Assembly (NCBI GenBank): GCA_964342815.1
Contig: CAYFHS010000001.1
Location: 115,849 to 179,848, forward strand
Length of the DNA: 64,000 bases
Direction: 5' to 3'
Origin: an uncultured archaeon
GTDB taxonomy: Archaea > Thermoplasmatota > Penumbrarchaeia > JASLWR01
Part shown: piece by piece, positions 1 through 10,017 of the stretch
Layout: each line of letters starts with the position of its first letter
Position numbering within the stretch: position 1 is the first letter of the stretch
Notes under the pieces: generated by a model
Told to the model about the DNA's origin: nothing
The model's database searches: none
What the model saw: only the letters and a program-made list of their open reading frames with translations
Program-made: the position numbers and the translations under genes

Positions 1-2324
1 ATCAGTCCGTCCCCGTCACTGTCCCTGTAATCATCATCGTCGAGCCAATCGGTGAGGTTTCCCCCGTACTTGTATTCGATCCAGTCATTAGCCCCTCCGT
101 AATCGGTATCCGGTTCATCCGGGTCGGAACCAATGTCGTCCTCAAGTCCATCGCTTAGACCGTCTCCGTCGCTATCCATATGATAACGGTCGTCATCCGG
201 ATCCAGGGGATCCGAGCCGTAGTAAACCTCCCAGAAATCACCAACTCCCCCCTCGTCCGTATCGCCAGATTCGGGATCCGACCCAATGTCATTCTCATAA
301 CCATCAGTCAGTCCGTCTCCGTCGGAATCCACCGCCCAACTGTCGTCCGAGGGGTCCGACGGATCGGTACCATATAATACCTCGGGTCCGTCCAGGGCCC
401 CTCCTCCGTCCGAATCCGGTTTATTTGGATCCGTATTATAAACCTTTACCTCGGCGCCATCCATGATACCGTCCCCGTCGGTATCCTTTTCAAGCATGTC
501 TGTTTCGTATATACGGAATTCCTCGCTGTCGTTCAATCCGTCACGGTCTGTATCGGATACGATGGGATTGGACCCATGCTTTAGCTCAAGTGAGTCATTG
601 AGTCCGTCGTTATCGTCATCATCATCGTTGGCATTGGTGATCCCGTCCCTGTCGGAATCCAGGTTCTCCAATCGGACGATATCGGAATAATCCAGATAGC
701 TCGTTTCGAAAGCCGTACCTCCGCTGCCTCCCAGTCCGAGACAGTATCCATCCGGTGAAGCGGAACCCTGGAGTATCCACGGATCGGTCCCGTCGCATTT
801 TCGGCTCACACTGGACGGGAGTGATTCCTTGGCTGTGGCGCACTCAACCCCAACCCACCCGATATCCTCGAAGTATACCTCGGCCCATGCATGAAACTGG
901 CCTTGCCCGAATGTACGATATCCCCCTTCCAGCTCACCGTTGGCAAAGCCGACAACGAGCCTGGCGGGGATATCCATGCACCTGGCAAGTAATATGAATG
1001 CGGTACTGAAGTGAAAGGAATTCCCGCTTTGGTTGTCATTGAAAAATTCGTTGAATGACGAAGCGGTCTTATGGGAATAGACATGCCGCTCATAAAGATA
1101 TTCAAGTATTGAGCTGATCTTATCGAATGTGGTCCCTGTCCCGGGGTCAAGAGAATCCTTTATCTCATCCAGATCGTATGCATCGTAATAATTGGAATAA
1201 TATGTGCTGTGATCCGAACCCCAATCACTGTTGGGGTCGGGCGAATCGTGTTCCATGAGATCATCTATGGAATAATCCGGGGTTGATACCAGGAGGCTTA
1301 GAGAATTGGTGTTCTGAGCGGTCCTCGGAATAAATTCGGAATCGATGGTGAAGCTGTCGTTTTCAGGATCGTTATCGTCGTTCAAATTATAGATGTCGGC
1401 CGGATACAGTGGTGAAACAAGGTAACCAAGGTTCAAGCCGTAAAATTCCAGATGATGGGTCTCAAAACCGTCTGTGGAATAATCAGAGAGGGTCGATTCC
1501 AGATCTTCTGCGGGAATTATGACCGTATCACCTTTGTACCATGTGCTGTAGGAAAAATCGCTGTAACAATTAAAGCGCCAGTACCTGGAGGACTGCAGGT
1601 TATCGCTTCGGAAGATATTCTCTTCCATGGAAACGGGCGAAGCGTCCTCCAATCCCCCGATAATGGAATCCCCTGACCCTATGGTACCCGAACCCGGTCT
1701 CAGGGGATTCTGGTTCAGGGCGTATTCCATATCATTGCTAATGCCGTCGTTATCGGGGTCCCCCTTGGGATTGCTAATGCCGTATTTTTGTTCCCATGCG
1801 TCGGGCATTCCGTTATTGTTGTTGTCCCCCTGTACTGGATTAACCTCGAAATAATCTGACTTGCCGTCCCCGTCGCTGTCCCTTTTGGCGGGATCGAAAT
1901 CGTTGCTGACCTCCCAACCGTCCTTCAGACCGTCGTTGTCGCTGTCGGCGTCATTGATGTTCGCCCTTCCGTCCCCGTCGATATCGCCCGTGGGGGAATA
2001 TTCGGGATTCTCTTCTTCGCGGTTCTTCCAGTACTGATATTCCACACCGTCGGTCATCCCGTCGTGATCGGTGTCCGGTTCGGTGGGATCGGTCCCTGAC
2101 CACTGCTCGGCCAGGTCCGACAGACCGTCTTTGTCCTCGTCCATCTTCATCCAGATATCTGTATCCTCTATCTGATCATATGGTTCGTGCTTCTGTCCCA
2201 TGAATTTCTGGAATACCAGGGGAGAAATGACCAGGATAAGGGCTATGATTATGACAAGGAAGAACAACTTCGACCGGGTGAATTTCGGCTCGAAAAGGGT
2301 GTGCCGCAGTGTAACACCTTCCAT
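1..2324 (-). CDS. Partial (3' end outside window) membrane-anchored/secreted protein with many TSP3-like Ca-binding DxDxDG repeats and a central transglutaminase-like domain
   Basis: Not in the ORF track because its stop lies outside the window. ATG at 2324; same frame spot-checked at 1199, 893 and 23. N-terminal hydrophobic segment (LFFLVIIIALILVISPLVF); repeats such as DTDHDGMTDGVE, DSDGDGLTDG; TGase-like motifs FHFSTAFILLARCMDIPARLVVGF and HAWAEVYFEDIGWV. Confidence 0.85.
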   Translation of the reverse strand, partial: MEGVTLRHTLFEPKFTRSKLFFLVIIIALILVISPLVFQKFMGQKHEPYDQIEDTDIWMKMDEDKDGLSDLAEQWSGTDPTEPDTDHDGMTDGVEYQYWKNREEENPEYSPTGDIDGDGRANINDADSDNDGLKDGWEVSNDFDPAKRDSDGDGKSDYFEVNPVQGDNNNNGMPDAWEQKYGISNPKGDPDNDGISNDMEYALNQNPLRPGSGTIGSGDSIIGGLEDASPVSMEENIFRSDNLQSSRYWRFNCYSDFSYSTWYKGDTVIIPAEDLESTLSDYSTDGFETHHLEFYGLNLGYLVSPLYPADIYNLNDDNDPENDSFTIDSEFIPRTAQNTNSLSLLVSTPDYSIDDLMEHDSPDPNSDWGSDHSTYYSNYYDAYDLDEIKDSLDPGTGTTFDKISSILEYLYERHVYSHKTASSFNEFFNDNQSGNSFHFSTAFILLARCMDIPARLVVGFANGELEGGYRTFGQGQFHAWAEVYFEDIGWVGVECATAKESLPSSVSRKCDGTDPWILQGSASPDGYCLGLGGSGGTAFETSYLDYSDIVRLENLDSDRDGITNANDDDDDNDGLNDSLELKHGSNPIVSDTDRDGLNDSEEFRIYETDMLEKDTDGDGIMDGAEVKVYNTDPNKPDSDGGGALDGPEVLYGTDPSDPSDDSWAVDSDGDGLTDGYENDIGSDPESGDTDEGGVGDFWEVYYGSDPLDPDDDRYHMDSDGDGLSDGLEDDIGSDPDEPDTDYGGANDWIEYKYGGNLTDWLDDDDYRDSDGDGL

Positions 2325-2573
2325 AACTTGAAGACCAAATCCTCATAAGAAACTGGTCCCGATTTTCAAAACAGCCAACGCAGGGATCACAGTCACCTGG
2401 GGTTGTTGGAGCTAATTATGAAATCCGGTAAGAATATATGTTATATATACTGTAGTTATTATTTAAATATTTATACTACATGAATACTACATGAACATAA
2501 CGTAGAAAAAGAAATTTGTTATTCGGAGGCACGAGTAGCGCGTACCCCGGGGATATTTCTTTTTGATCTATTC

Positions 2574-2606
2574 AGGGCCTGCGACCCATAGGAAAACGCA
2601 GGCCCT
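2574..2606. repeat. GC-rich inverted repeat (10-bp stem AGGGCCTGCG/CGCAGGCCCT)
   Basis: Arms at 2574-2583 and 2597-2606 are exact reverse complements. Confidence 0.85.
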
Positions 2607-2625
2607 ATAAAAAAGGAAAAAAAAA
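2607..2625 (-). terminator. Oligo-T tract right after the stop of the VIT-vWA gene (candidate archaeal terminator)
   Basis: Minus strand reads TGA GTTTTTTTTTCCTTTTTTAT; oligo-T tracts are the usual archaeal intrinsic terminator. Confidence 0.55.
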
Positions 2626-2626
2626 C

Positions 2627-5239
2627 TCAAGTATTCCCGTTCAGCACTTCTATCGTGCGCGAAACTGTTTCCGCTTCTGGTATCGTGTAGCTGTTGGATT
2701 TTCCGATCTTGGTAAAATCCACGAGATTGGATTCCCGCAGTTTATTGATGTGCCAGTTCACGGTTGAGGAGTTGATGCCAACGTCCTTTGCTATGGCCTT
2801 CTGGGTGCATCCCGGGTGTTCCATTATATATCGAACTATCTTTACCGCGCTGTCGCTCTTGAGGGCCGATACGATATCCTTGTACTCCAGCCCGTGGATG
2901 GTCTCCCGAAGGTCGCCGCCGCCGAACACGCCGTCCACGTTCGCATAATAACGCTTGAACTTCGTGTCCTTGTGCCCGATAATCTTATTGTCTTTTTCCA
3001 GAAGTCCCAGGTGGTAGGTGATGGTGGACGGAGAGGTATCGAACTCGTATTTGATATTAGATAAATGCTCTCCCGGGTTGTGTTTTATGTACTCGTAGAT
3101 GTCCCTTCTCATTCCCGTGAGGTTCCTGTCCCGGTGCTTGCGGCTTTTCATCACACCAACCACGATGACAGAGGTGATGATTATTCCGACAATCAGGATA
3201 AGGGCAACAACCATGAGGGAAGAATAACTTGCTTTCGAAATAGGACCCCCATCAGTAAACCACTCCTCTTCGGTAGACTCCTTAGCGGGCGGGGATATAG
3301 GTATTCCATCATATGCGCCATCGCCATCGGTGTCTTTTTCATCAGCGTATTTCGAACTCTGCCGATCATAGAGACCCGCTGGTGAATTGGAATCTCCGCC
3401 TCCATCATATGCATAGGAATCATCACTATCGACATTCTCATCCGGAGGGCCGGATATCTTCTCGGGGTCACCATCATCATCGTCCTCTTCCTCTGCTTTT
3501 ACTTCTTCCTCCACCACCACTATCATGGTGGTGTAATCAGTAACGATCTGGAACTTGACCGCAGTGTAGGTGATCTCATTCTCCCACGTTGAATCCCCCG
3601 TGGCATTTCCTTGCTGCTCGGGAGTCTCCCCCATCACCATCTGCTCTTCGCACCACCTGATATGCATGAAGGCCCACAGCTGCGCGATGTATTCATTTTT
3701 TTCCGAAGCAGACGCGAAATCGCCGCTGAAAGTGGTGGTGCCGTTCACCGTTATGCCGGTTCCCGAGAATTTCACTTCCTTCTGTACGTCAATAACCTCT
3801 CCCAGTACAAGATGCTCCTGGCCCTTGAACATGTAGGGTGCCTGCCGCTGGTAAACGTTTGCCGCGTTTTCGTAGTTCATGTTCAGCCTGTAGATGAGGG
3901 GAGTCGATATTGTGTCGTAAAAGTAGGATATCTGCTCGCTTATGTCGAAGCTGTCGTCGATCCTGTACGCTCTTGCATAGTTGAGAAAAGACAATTTTTT
4001 CAGAAACTGGAAATCCATGTCGTAGCCCACGCCCAGAGAGAAAATAGAAACCTTTTTCGCCGAGTTTTTTTCCTTTATGGTCGAGCAGATCGCTTCAGGG
4101 GATTTTATATCGCCTGCCGTTGGATTTCCGTCTGTAAGAAATACGATTATCTTCATCCGTGAGGAATCGCCGTCGAATATCTCAAGGCCCTTTTCAAGGG
4201 ATTCGATGATGTTGGTACCGCCGGAAGCCGCCAGATTGTTTATCCACTTTTTCGCATCCGTAATTTCATCGGTACCGGGTACCTGGAGATCGTTCTTCCA
4301 CAGCTCGTAACCGCTGCTGAACGATATTATGTTGAAGCGGTCAGTTTCAGAGGACAGGCGGTCCACGATCAACTCGAAGGCTTCCTTCGTCTGCGTCATC
4401 TTGTCGCCGGACATGGATCCGGATCGATCAACAATGAAAACAATATCCTTGTCTACCGCCCTGTTTCCCAGAGACTCCATTCCCGGTGCGAATGTATGGA
4501 CGAAATATGTCATCTCGCCATCGCTGTGAAACTGCATCAGGCCGTTCGTTCCCGTATCCCTGGTTCCATAGGTGAAGATAATTTCATTTCCAATGGCACT
4601 GGAAGGGATCGACGCGGAAGAACTGACGGAATTGGTACCCTGATACTTCATCTCGCCTGTGCCAAGGTTTATGACGTCAGCGGAGGTTATCATGGTATTG
4701 CTGTTAATGGTGAATCCCACCTGTACGTCGGAAGAAAGCCCGGATGGCAGCAGGTCTGCCGGTGTAACTGCCAGGTTGTAACCGCCAAGCTCTTTTACAA
4801 GGAACTGATGATACCGAAAAGAGATATCCATGGGTTTTCCCGGAAGCAGATTCAGGGTCATGGAAAAACTCGTAACGCTGTATTTTTCTATCTTTATGGC
4901 GCTCTTTCCGGCCTCCACGGCCTCGTCGTACTCCTGCTGGGCCTGTGCGTCCTCCTTGACCTGACCATAATAGAGTGTACCGTTCATAGCAGCGGTGAGG
5001 TTCGTAAGGAACGCATCATCGGGGATATTTATTTTATAAGTATATTCGCTGTCATTCTGGCCGTTATTGGTCAAGCTCAGCGAAGTGGTAACACGCACGA
5101 ACGAATTGTCCACTACCACCGTGATGGAAGGCGAATCAACTGTTATTCCGCTTTCAAGGGCAGCGGTACTGAAAGATATGCTCGACAATATCAGCATTGC
5201 AAGGATCCCGAGGGCCGGATATGTGAAATTCCTTTTCAT
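2627..5239 (-). CDS. Signal peptide + VIT domain + vWA domain + acidic linker + TM helix + tandem winged-HTH (membrane-tethered regulator-like)
   Basis: ORF 2627..5281; start moved to MKRNF (5239) after an AGGAG RBS. VIT-like N-terminus; MIDAS motif DRSGS...GGTN...LTDG; TM LMVVALILIVGIIITSVIVVGVM followed by KSRKHR; two wHTH units (IYEYIKHNPG...STITYHLGLLEK; IVRYIMEHPG...STVNWHINKLRE). Confidence 0.85.
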   Translation of the reverse strand: MKRNFTYPALGILAMLILSSISFSTAALESGITVDSPSITVVVDNSFVRVTTSLSLTNNGQNDSEYTYKINIPDDAFLTNLTAAMNGTLYYGQVKEDAQAQQEYDEAVEAGKSAIKIEKYSVTSFSMTLNLLPGKPMDISFRYHQFLVKELGGYNLAVTPADLLPSGLSSDVQVGFTINSNTMITSADVINLGTGEMKYQGTNSVSSSASIPSSAIGNEIIFTYGTRDTGTNGLMQFHSDGEMTYFVHTFAPGMESLGNRAVDKDIVFIVDRSGSMSGDKMTQTKEAFELIVDRLSSETDRFNIISFSSGYELWKNDLQVPGTDEITDAKKWINNLAASGGTNIIESLEKGLEIFDGDSSRMKIIVFLTDGNPTAGDIKSPEAICSTIKEKNSAKKVSIFSLGVGYDMDFQFLKKLSFLNYARAYRIDDSFDISEQISYFYDTISTPLIYRLNMNYENAANVYQRQAPYMFKGQEHLVLGEVIDVQKEVKFSGTGITVNGTTTFSGDFASASEKNEYIAQLWAFMHIRWCEEQMVMGETPEQQGNATGDSTWENEITYTAVKFQIVTDYTTMIVVVEEEVKAEEEDDDDGDPEKISGPPDENVDSDDSYAYDGGGDSNSPAGLYDRQSSKYADEKDTDGDGAYDGIPISPPAKESTEEEWFTDGGPISKASYSSLMVVALILIVGIIITSVIVVGVMKSRKHRDRNLTGMRRDIYEYIKHNPGEHLSNIKYEFDTSPSTITYHLGLLEKDNKIIGHKDTKFKRYYANVDGVFGGGDLRETIHGLEYKDIVSALKSDSAVKIVRYIMEHPGCTQKAIAKDVGINSSTVNWHINKLRESNLVDFTKIGKSNSYTIPEAETVSRTIEVLNGNT

Positions 5240-5436
5240 TTTAATCGCTCCTTTAATTACTGGAGGGGTGCTGGAGGGCATATGTAACGATATGACCGGC
5301 AGCTTCCTTCCTCTTGTTCATAATGTAAAGAACTGTCGTAGGATATATTAACGATTTTGGTATGATCGTCGAATTGAACGTTATAATGAACTTCTATTAT
5401 CCCCACTTACTTTCACTTATCTTATTGTTCTTTTAT

Positions 5437-5597
5437 GAGGCCGGCGGCAATAAAGCCACGCCGGCCTCGTCCACGACTTAATAAAAAAGTCACAAAATAA
5501 CTGAAGGTCGGCATCTGCCGACCAAGGGGGCAGCGCCCCCATTGTTGTTTTTCTTATTCTTTTTGGGTCGGACCTGCGTTTCTTACGTCGCAGGTCC
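5437..5597. repeat. Cluster of four GC-rich inverted repeats in a divergent intergenic region
   Basis: GAGGCCGGCG/CGCCGGCCTC (5437-5468), GGTCGGCA/TGCCGACC (5506-5523), GGGGGC/GCCCCC (5526-5540), GGACCTGCG/CGCAGGTCC (5570-5597). Confidence 0.8.
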
Positions 5598-5728
5598 TCT
5601 TTATTAAGAAAGATAATAGATCCAAGGGAGTGAAGATAATAAGGTTTTGAACTTCTCCAATCACACCATTACATTATTATTCATCCACTACATTACGATA
5701 GTGAATAAGGCTGAAAAAGATGGTGTAA

Positions 5729-7159
5729 ATGAAATTACGAATTCTCTATGCTGCTCTTATCCCGCTGATGCTTTTAGTCCTGATTCAGCCCGCCGGGACG
5801 GAGGCGGACTCGGACCAGCAGGAAACCCTTTCCACACCCGGCGATCACATAATATATGATTTCACATCCAGTGAAGACGAAAAGAATCCCATATACGGCA
5901 GTTTTACTATCGAGGTTCCGACGGACCGCGGAACATCAGAAAAGTTCACCATCACCGGTACGGGAAACCTGTCATTTCCAGCTGGATCGGGCGTATCGGA
6001 GGTGGCATATTATTCCTCGGTCACTGCTCTCGCAGCCGACGCAGCAAACAATCAGATCGCCAATGCCAGCCTGGTGGTACCGAATAGTACTTCCTATTCC
6101 TTCAGCAGCAGTTACACTGGAAAACAAATGTATGGTCCGGGCAGGGAGACGCTGCCCGCATCCGTCATGGAAATGGACGAGGGTGGTACCGTCGGGATCA
6201 TCTTTCGCGGATCATTGAATTCCATCGAGGGGAACTTTACATATTTCCAGGTGCTTCATATCCCAAAAGTCCTGTACTATCAGCTCGATAATCAAAATCC
6301 TCCCGATAATATAAGGCACGAGGCCGAAGGGCTTGACTTCGAATACTTCGGAAAGGTTGAAAAGGATCACAGCGGTCGTGTTATCGAGGTCCGATCCTAT
6401 TCCAACGACGGTGTCTACTATTTGGACTACTCTGGTACCAACGGTCTTCTCACCTTCTTTGGATTCAATGATTTCACGGCTGCGGACGGACGGACCGCAT
6501 TCCGTTATGAATTGAAAGACACGAATATTGAAATGAATAGTAAGACCGATAATAAGGAGATCGGAGGTTCGCCGCTTTCCCGATATTTGCCTATTATCGT
6601 ATCGCTGGCCTTCTTCGGTGCTCTGGGGATCGAGGTGATTAACGGACGTTACCACCAGATGTTGAACCGAAAAAAAGCCATTTTCCTTACCGTTATTCTT
6701 CTCATTGCCTGTTCGTTCCTGTCCCTTCAATTCATGGTATTGAAAGACGACGAGAGAATTTTACCTACTCAGGAAATGCTATTGAATGACAAATACGGCC
6801 TTGAGATTTCCGGCCTGGAATCCCGCCCCATGATCATCGATGGGAAACACGCGGCCGAGATCAATTTTACTGTAAGGAACACAGGTCCGGAAACCTTCAT
6901 CGAGAGGTCGGTAGAGGTAGTGTTCGTTCTTCAAAAGTTCGGCAAGACCATGTATTATCTCAACGGGCCGGATGGAGAAAAGAGGGAAGAGACGCGTATT
7001 TATGACGAATTTGCTCCTGAAGATATCTACCATGTAAACTACAATATGCCCTTGGGCATGGAAGATCCGAAATGGGTGGATATGGAACTGACTGTACGGT
7101 TGGAAGTGGCCACTGATGTGGGGGATTTTATTTTCGTTGAAAAACCAATACCGCTGTAA
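5729..7159 (+). CDS. Hypothetical membrane protein (signal peptide, extracellular domain, two TM helices, C-terminal beta-rich domain)
   Basis: 476-aa ORF with N-terminal hydrophobic stretch and two further hydrophobic segments (YLPIIVSLAFFGALGI; AIFLTVILLIACSFLSLQFMVL). Confidence 0.75.
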   Translation: MKLRILYAALIPLMLLVLIQPAGTEADSDQQETLSTPGDHIIYDFTSSEDEKNPIYGSFTIEVPTDRGTSEKFTITGTGNLSFPAGSGVSEVAYYSSVTALAADAANNQIANASLVVPNSTSYSFSSSYTGKQMYGPGRETLPASVMEMDEGGTVGIIFRGSLNSIEGNFTYFQVLHIPKVLYYQLDNQNPPDNIRHEAEGLDFEYFGKVEKDHSGRVIEVRSYSNDGVYYLDYSGTNGLLTFFGFNDFTAADGRTAFRYELKDTNIEMNSKTDNKEIGGSPLSRYLPIIVSLAFFGALGIEVINGRYHQMLNRKKAIFLTVILLIACSFLSLQFMVLKDDERILPTQEMLLNDKYGLEISGLESRPMIIDGKHAAEINFTVRNTGPETFIERSVEVVFVLQKFGKTMYYLNGPDGEKREETRIYDEFAPEDIYHVNYNMPLGMEDPKWVDMELTVRLEVATDVGDFIFVEKPIPL

Positions 7160-7171
7160 TTCACCATCACT

Positions 7172-9931
7172 TCAGAAAGCTTCCATTATCTTTTTGAAAA
7201 TAATTTCTTTTGCTCGCGGTATACCGGCGGGATCCCTTCCGCCACCTTGAGCGAAATCCGGCCGACCCCCCCCGCCTCCTTTAACGGTCTTCATACCTTC
7301 TCTCAGGATCGGCACCATGTTAATGTCAATGTCTCCGCTTCTGCAGAGTAACATTTTCACGCCTCCCAGGTCAGATACCAACAGTGCCACGGTCTTACCC
7401 TGCATCGTCAGCTCACCTGCAAGGGCCTGGAGTTCTTTCACGTCATGATGGGACCAGTGATAAACGAATCTTGCATCCCCAACGGTTTCGGCCTCCGAAA
7501 GCAGACTGGATACTAGATTCCTGGCGTTCTCCTTCCTCAATCTTTCGATCTCCTTTTGCTGGGCCTTCCACTCGTTGAAGAAACGCTCCACGGTATCCGG
7601 TAATTTCTTGGCCGGAACGTGCACAGGTTCACAGGCCCTCCTGATGATTTTTTCTCTGGACTGAATGTATTCCACAGCCGCCATTCCGGCTGCATATTCC
7701 AGACGCTCCACACCGTCCTGCAGTCTCTCATTCCGCATGATCTTTATCATACCGATCTCGATTGTGTTATCCACATGAGTCCCTGCGCAGGCCTCGCGGT
7801 CCCATTGCTCTATCTCCACCACCCGTATGTCGTTCCCCTTTGGAGCCCCACCCTGGAAAAGCGAGGAACCGTATGTATCCATTGCCTCGTCCAGCGTATA
7901 CCATTTCTTTTTGACGTTTTTTCCTTCAAGGATCGATCTGTTAGCGACTTTCTCGATCTCATCCAGTTCTTCCGGGGTGATCCTCTTGTAATGGGAGATA
8001 TCAAATCTGGCCCTATCTGGGAATTTCTGTGCTCCCTGCTGCCATATGTGGGTCCCCAGAACCGCTCTCGCCGCACCCAGTATCACATGGGTGGCAGTGT
8101 GGTGCCTCATCAGGGCGATCCTGCGGTCCCAGTCGATCTCCATTTCAACCTCGTCCCCCGGTGCGGGTAGAGGTCCCGAATCAGCATCCACAACATGGAA
8201 AACGACCCCTTCGGCCTTTATGGCGTCGATTATCCGAATTCGCCTTCCGCTGTGTATTATCGTTCCGGTGTCTCCCGGTTGACCGCCTCCCTCGGGATAG
8301 AATACGGTACGGTCGAAAACCAGTCCGTGCTCGTCAACTGCAATGAGTTTTGAAGATGTCTTCCGGAGATATTCATCATTGTAGAAAACACGGTCGGTGG
8401 GAGGATATTTAGTGGTTATTACCATGACCTCCTCTTCGGATTTTGCCCGTCCGTGCCTCAGAGCCAGAAGCGTTGAAAAACCATCGGGAACCTTGAAATC
8501 CTCTCCCTGCTCCTCCATTACTTTCTGTACTACGCTTGGATGAATACCGTGTGTGTCATACAGATCGATCAGCTTTTCGAGTGGGATCTGTTTTTCTCCC
8601 TTTTTGCCGGCCACCAACCTCTCCACCATTCCCTTTCCCTTTGCCAGCGTCTTGCTGTAACGTTTGGCCTCTCTTGATACTATATCCAGAATTAGATCCC
8701 GGTTCTCCTTGAGATGGGGGAATGTATCCAGCATCTTAAGATGCCGCTCAATTACCCAGTCCAGCTCCACTGTGCCCTCCATCTCCTCAATATACCTGAA
8801 ACATCTTCTCAGGAGAAGCCTGGCGAGATAACCCGCCTTGATATTCGAAGGCACGATACCATCACCCAGCATGAAAGCCAGTGCTCTCGTGTGGTCGGCA
8901 ATGATGTAGCTTTTCTCAAGGGGCATCATCTTATCTATGATCTCTCCAAGAGAAACATCATACCCCTTCTGCTTCAATTCTTTCGACAACCTCTTCCTCA
9001 TCTCCATCAGATGAGCAGGGGTGGAAATATCGATCTGACCGCAGAGATTCACATGACCTCCGATCATTGCTCTGTATTCTTCGTCGTTAAGATCATGCTC
9101 TATACTCTGGGCATCGAATATCTCTCTAATAAGTTCCGGGTATATTGCCTCGTAGAGGGTGGGGGCCCCGCTGGACATCCAGACGAACCGTTCCAAACCG
9201 TAACCCGTATCCACGATGTACGTGTCCATCTTGCGATATTTGTCGCCTCCGATCTCAATATTTCCCATAGGATGCTTGATCATGTTCATAAAAACCAGGG
9301 TTGCCAGCTCCAAGCCGCCTACCAAGACTTCAAGAGCGGGGCCGGCATTCCCCCCTCCGAACCAAGGATCTTCCCTGTATGTAATGGTCTCGGCAGGTAT
9401 CCCAAGATCGTCCACCATCAGCCCGTTGCAGTATCTCACGGTGTCTTCTTTCCAGTATAATTCTTCTGTCGGATTGTTGAAAACGTGATGCCCCATCATC
9501 TCGAACTCGGTGAGATGGCGACCGCTCCTGCCTACATTGTCGAGGTCGTTCAGCCTGATGCATGGCTGGGAAATGGCAAGGGGGTTCGCCGGCGGTTTCA
9601 CGGCTCCGGAGGTTACGTGGGGTTGAAAATCCGCGATGGAGGCAATGGTAAGGTAAATGTCATCCCTCCACCGGGCCACCACCGGGTACGGGTCGATCTC
9701 CGCGTGGCCGTTTCTTCCAAAGAAGTCAAGGAACTTGCGTCTCATGGTATTCATGGTCAAGGGATCTTTTATCATTGGAGCAAAGAGAAATGAATACCCG
9801 TTGCAGGGCGAATCACCGCACAATTCAGTTTCGGGATCCATTGTCCAGAACGCCGCCCCGCATTTCGGGCATATCTTCTTTATGTAACCATTGTTCTTAA
9901 AATAATCGAGTTCCAGTTCTCCGTCGAGCAT
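7172..9931 (-). CDS. alaS: Alanine--tRNA ligase, archaeal type
   Basis: N-terminal CPKCG...CGD Zn motif, RWRDDIYLTIASIADFQP, SQPCIR, GRHLTEFEMMGHH, editing-domain HHTATH and CAGTH, C-terminal GGGGGRPDFAQGG. Confidence 0.97.
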   Translation of the reverse strand: MLDGELELDYFKNNGYIKKICPKCGAAFWTMDPETELCGDSPCNGYSFLFAPMIKDPLTMNTMRRKFLDFFGRNGHAEIDPYPVVARWRDDIYLTIASIADFQPHVTSGAVKPPANPLAISQPCIRLNDLDNVGRSGRHLTEFEMMGHHVFNNPTEELYWKEDTVRYCNGLMVDDLGIPAETITYREDPWFGGGNAGPALEVLVGGLELATLVFMNMIKHPMGNIEIGGDKYRKMDTYIVDTGYGLERFVWMSSGAPTLYEAIYPELIREIFDAQSIEHDLNDEEYRAMIGGHVNLCGQIDISTPAHLMEMRKRLSKELKQKGYDVSLGEIIDKMMPLEKSYIIADHTRALAFMLGDGIVPSNIKAGYLARLLLRRCFRYIEEMEGTVELDWVIERHLKMLDTFPHLKENRDLILDIVSREAKRYSKTLAKGKGMVERLVAGKKGEKQIPLEKLIDLYDTHGIHPSVVQKVMEEQGEDFKVPDGFSTLLALRHGRAKSEEEVMVITTKYPPTDRVFYNDEYLRKTSSKLIAVDEHGLVFDRTVFYPEGGGQPGDTGTIIHSGRRIRIIDAIKAEGVVFHVVDADSGPLPAPGDEVEMEIDWDRRIALMRHHTATHVILGAARAVLGTHIWQQGAQKFPDRARFDISHYKRITPEELDEIEKVANRSILEGKNVKKKWYTLDEAMDTYGSSLFQGGAPKGNDIRVVEIEQWDREACAGTHVDNTIEIGMIKIMRNERLQDGVERLEYAAGMAAVEYIQSREKIIRRACEPVHVPAKKLPDTVERFFNEWKAQQKEIERLRKENARNLVSSLLSEAETVGDARFVYHWSHHDVKELQALAGELTMQGKTVALLVSDLGGVKMLLCRSGDIDINMVPILREGMKTVKGGGGGRPDFAQGGGRDPAGIPRAKEIIFKKIMEAF

Positions 9932-10017
9932 TTAAATCGGCCTCGAGTATACTTTTTTCCTATAAATTATTTATCTGAAATCCGCCCCGAAAGCTTTTCC
10001 CACGAAAATCTCCAAGC

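Noticed and set aside
4496-5287. 263-aa plus-strand ORF and other antisense ORFs over the vWA, alaS, GT4, asnA and C25 genes
   Set aside because: Fully overlap well-supported genes on the opposite strand and show no recognisable motifs.
5437-5597. tRNA or other known RNA gene in the hairpin cluster
   Set aside because: No cloverleaf, T-loop or acceptor-stem pattern; the stems are independent.
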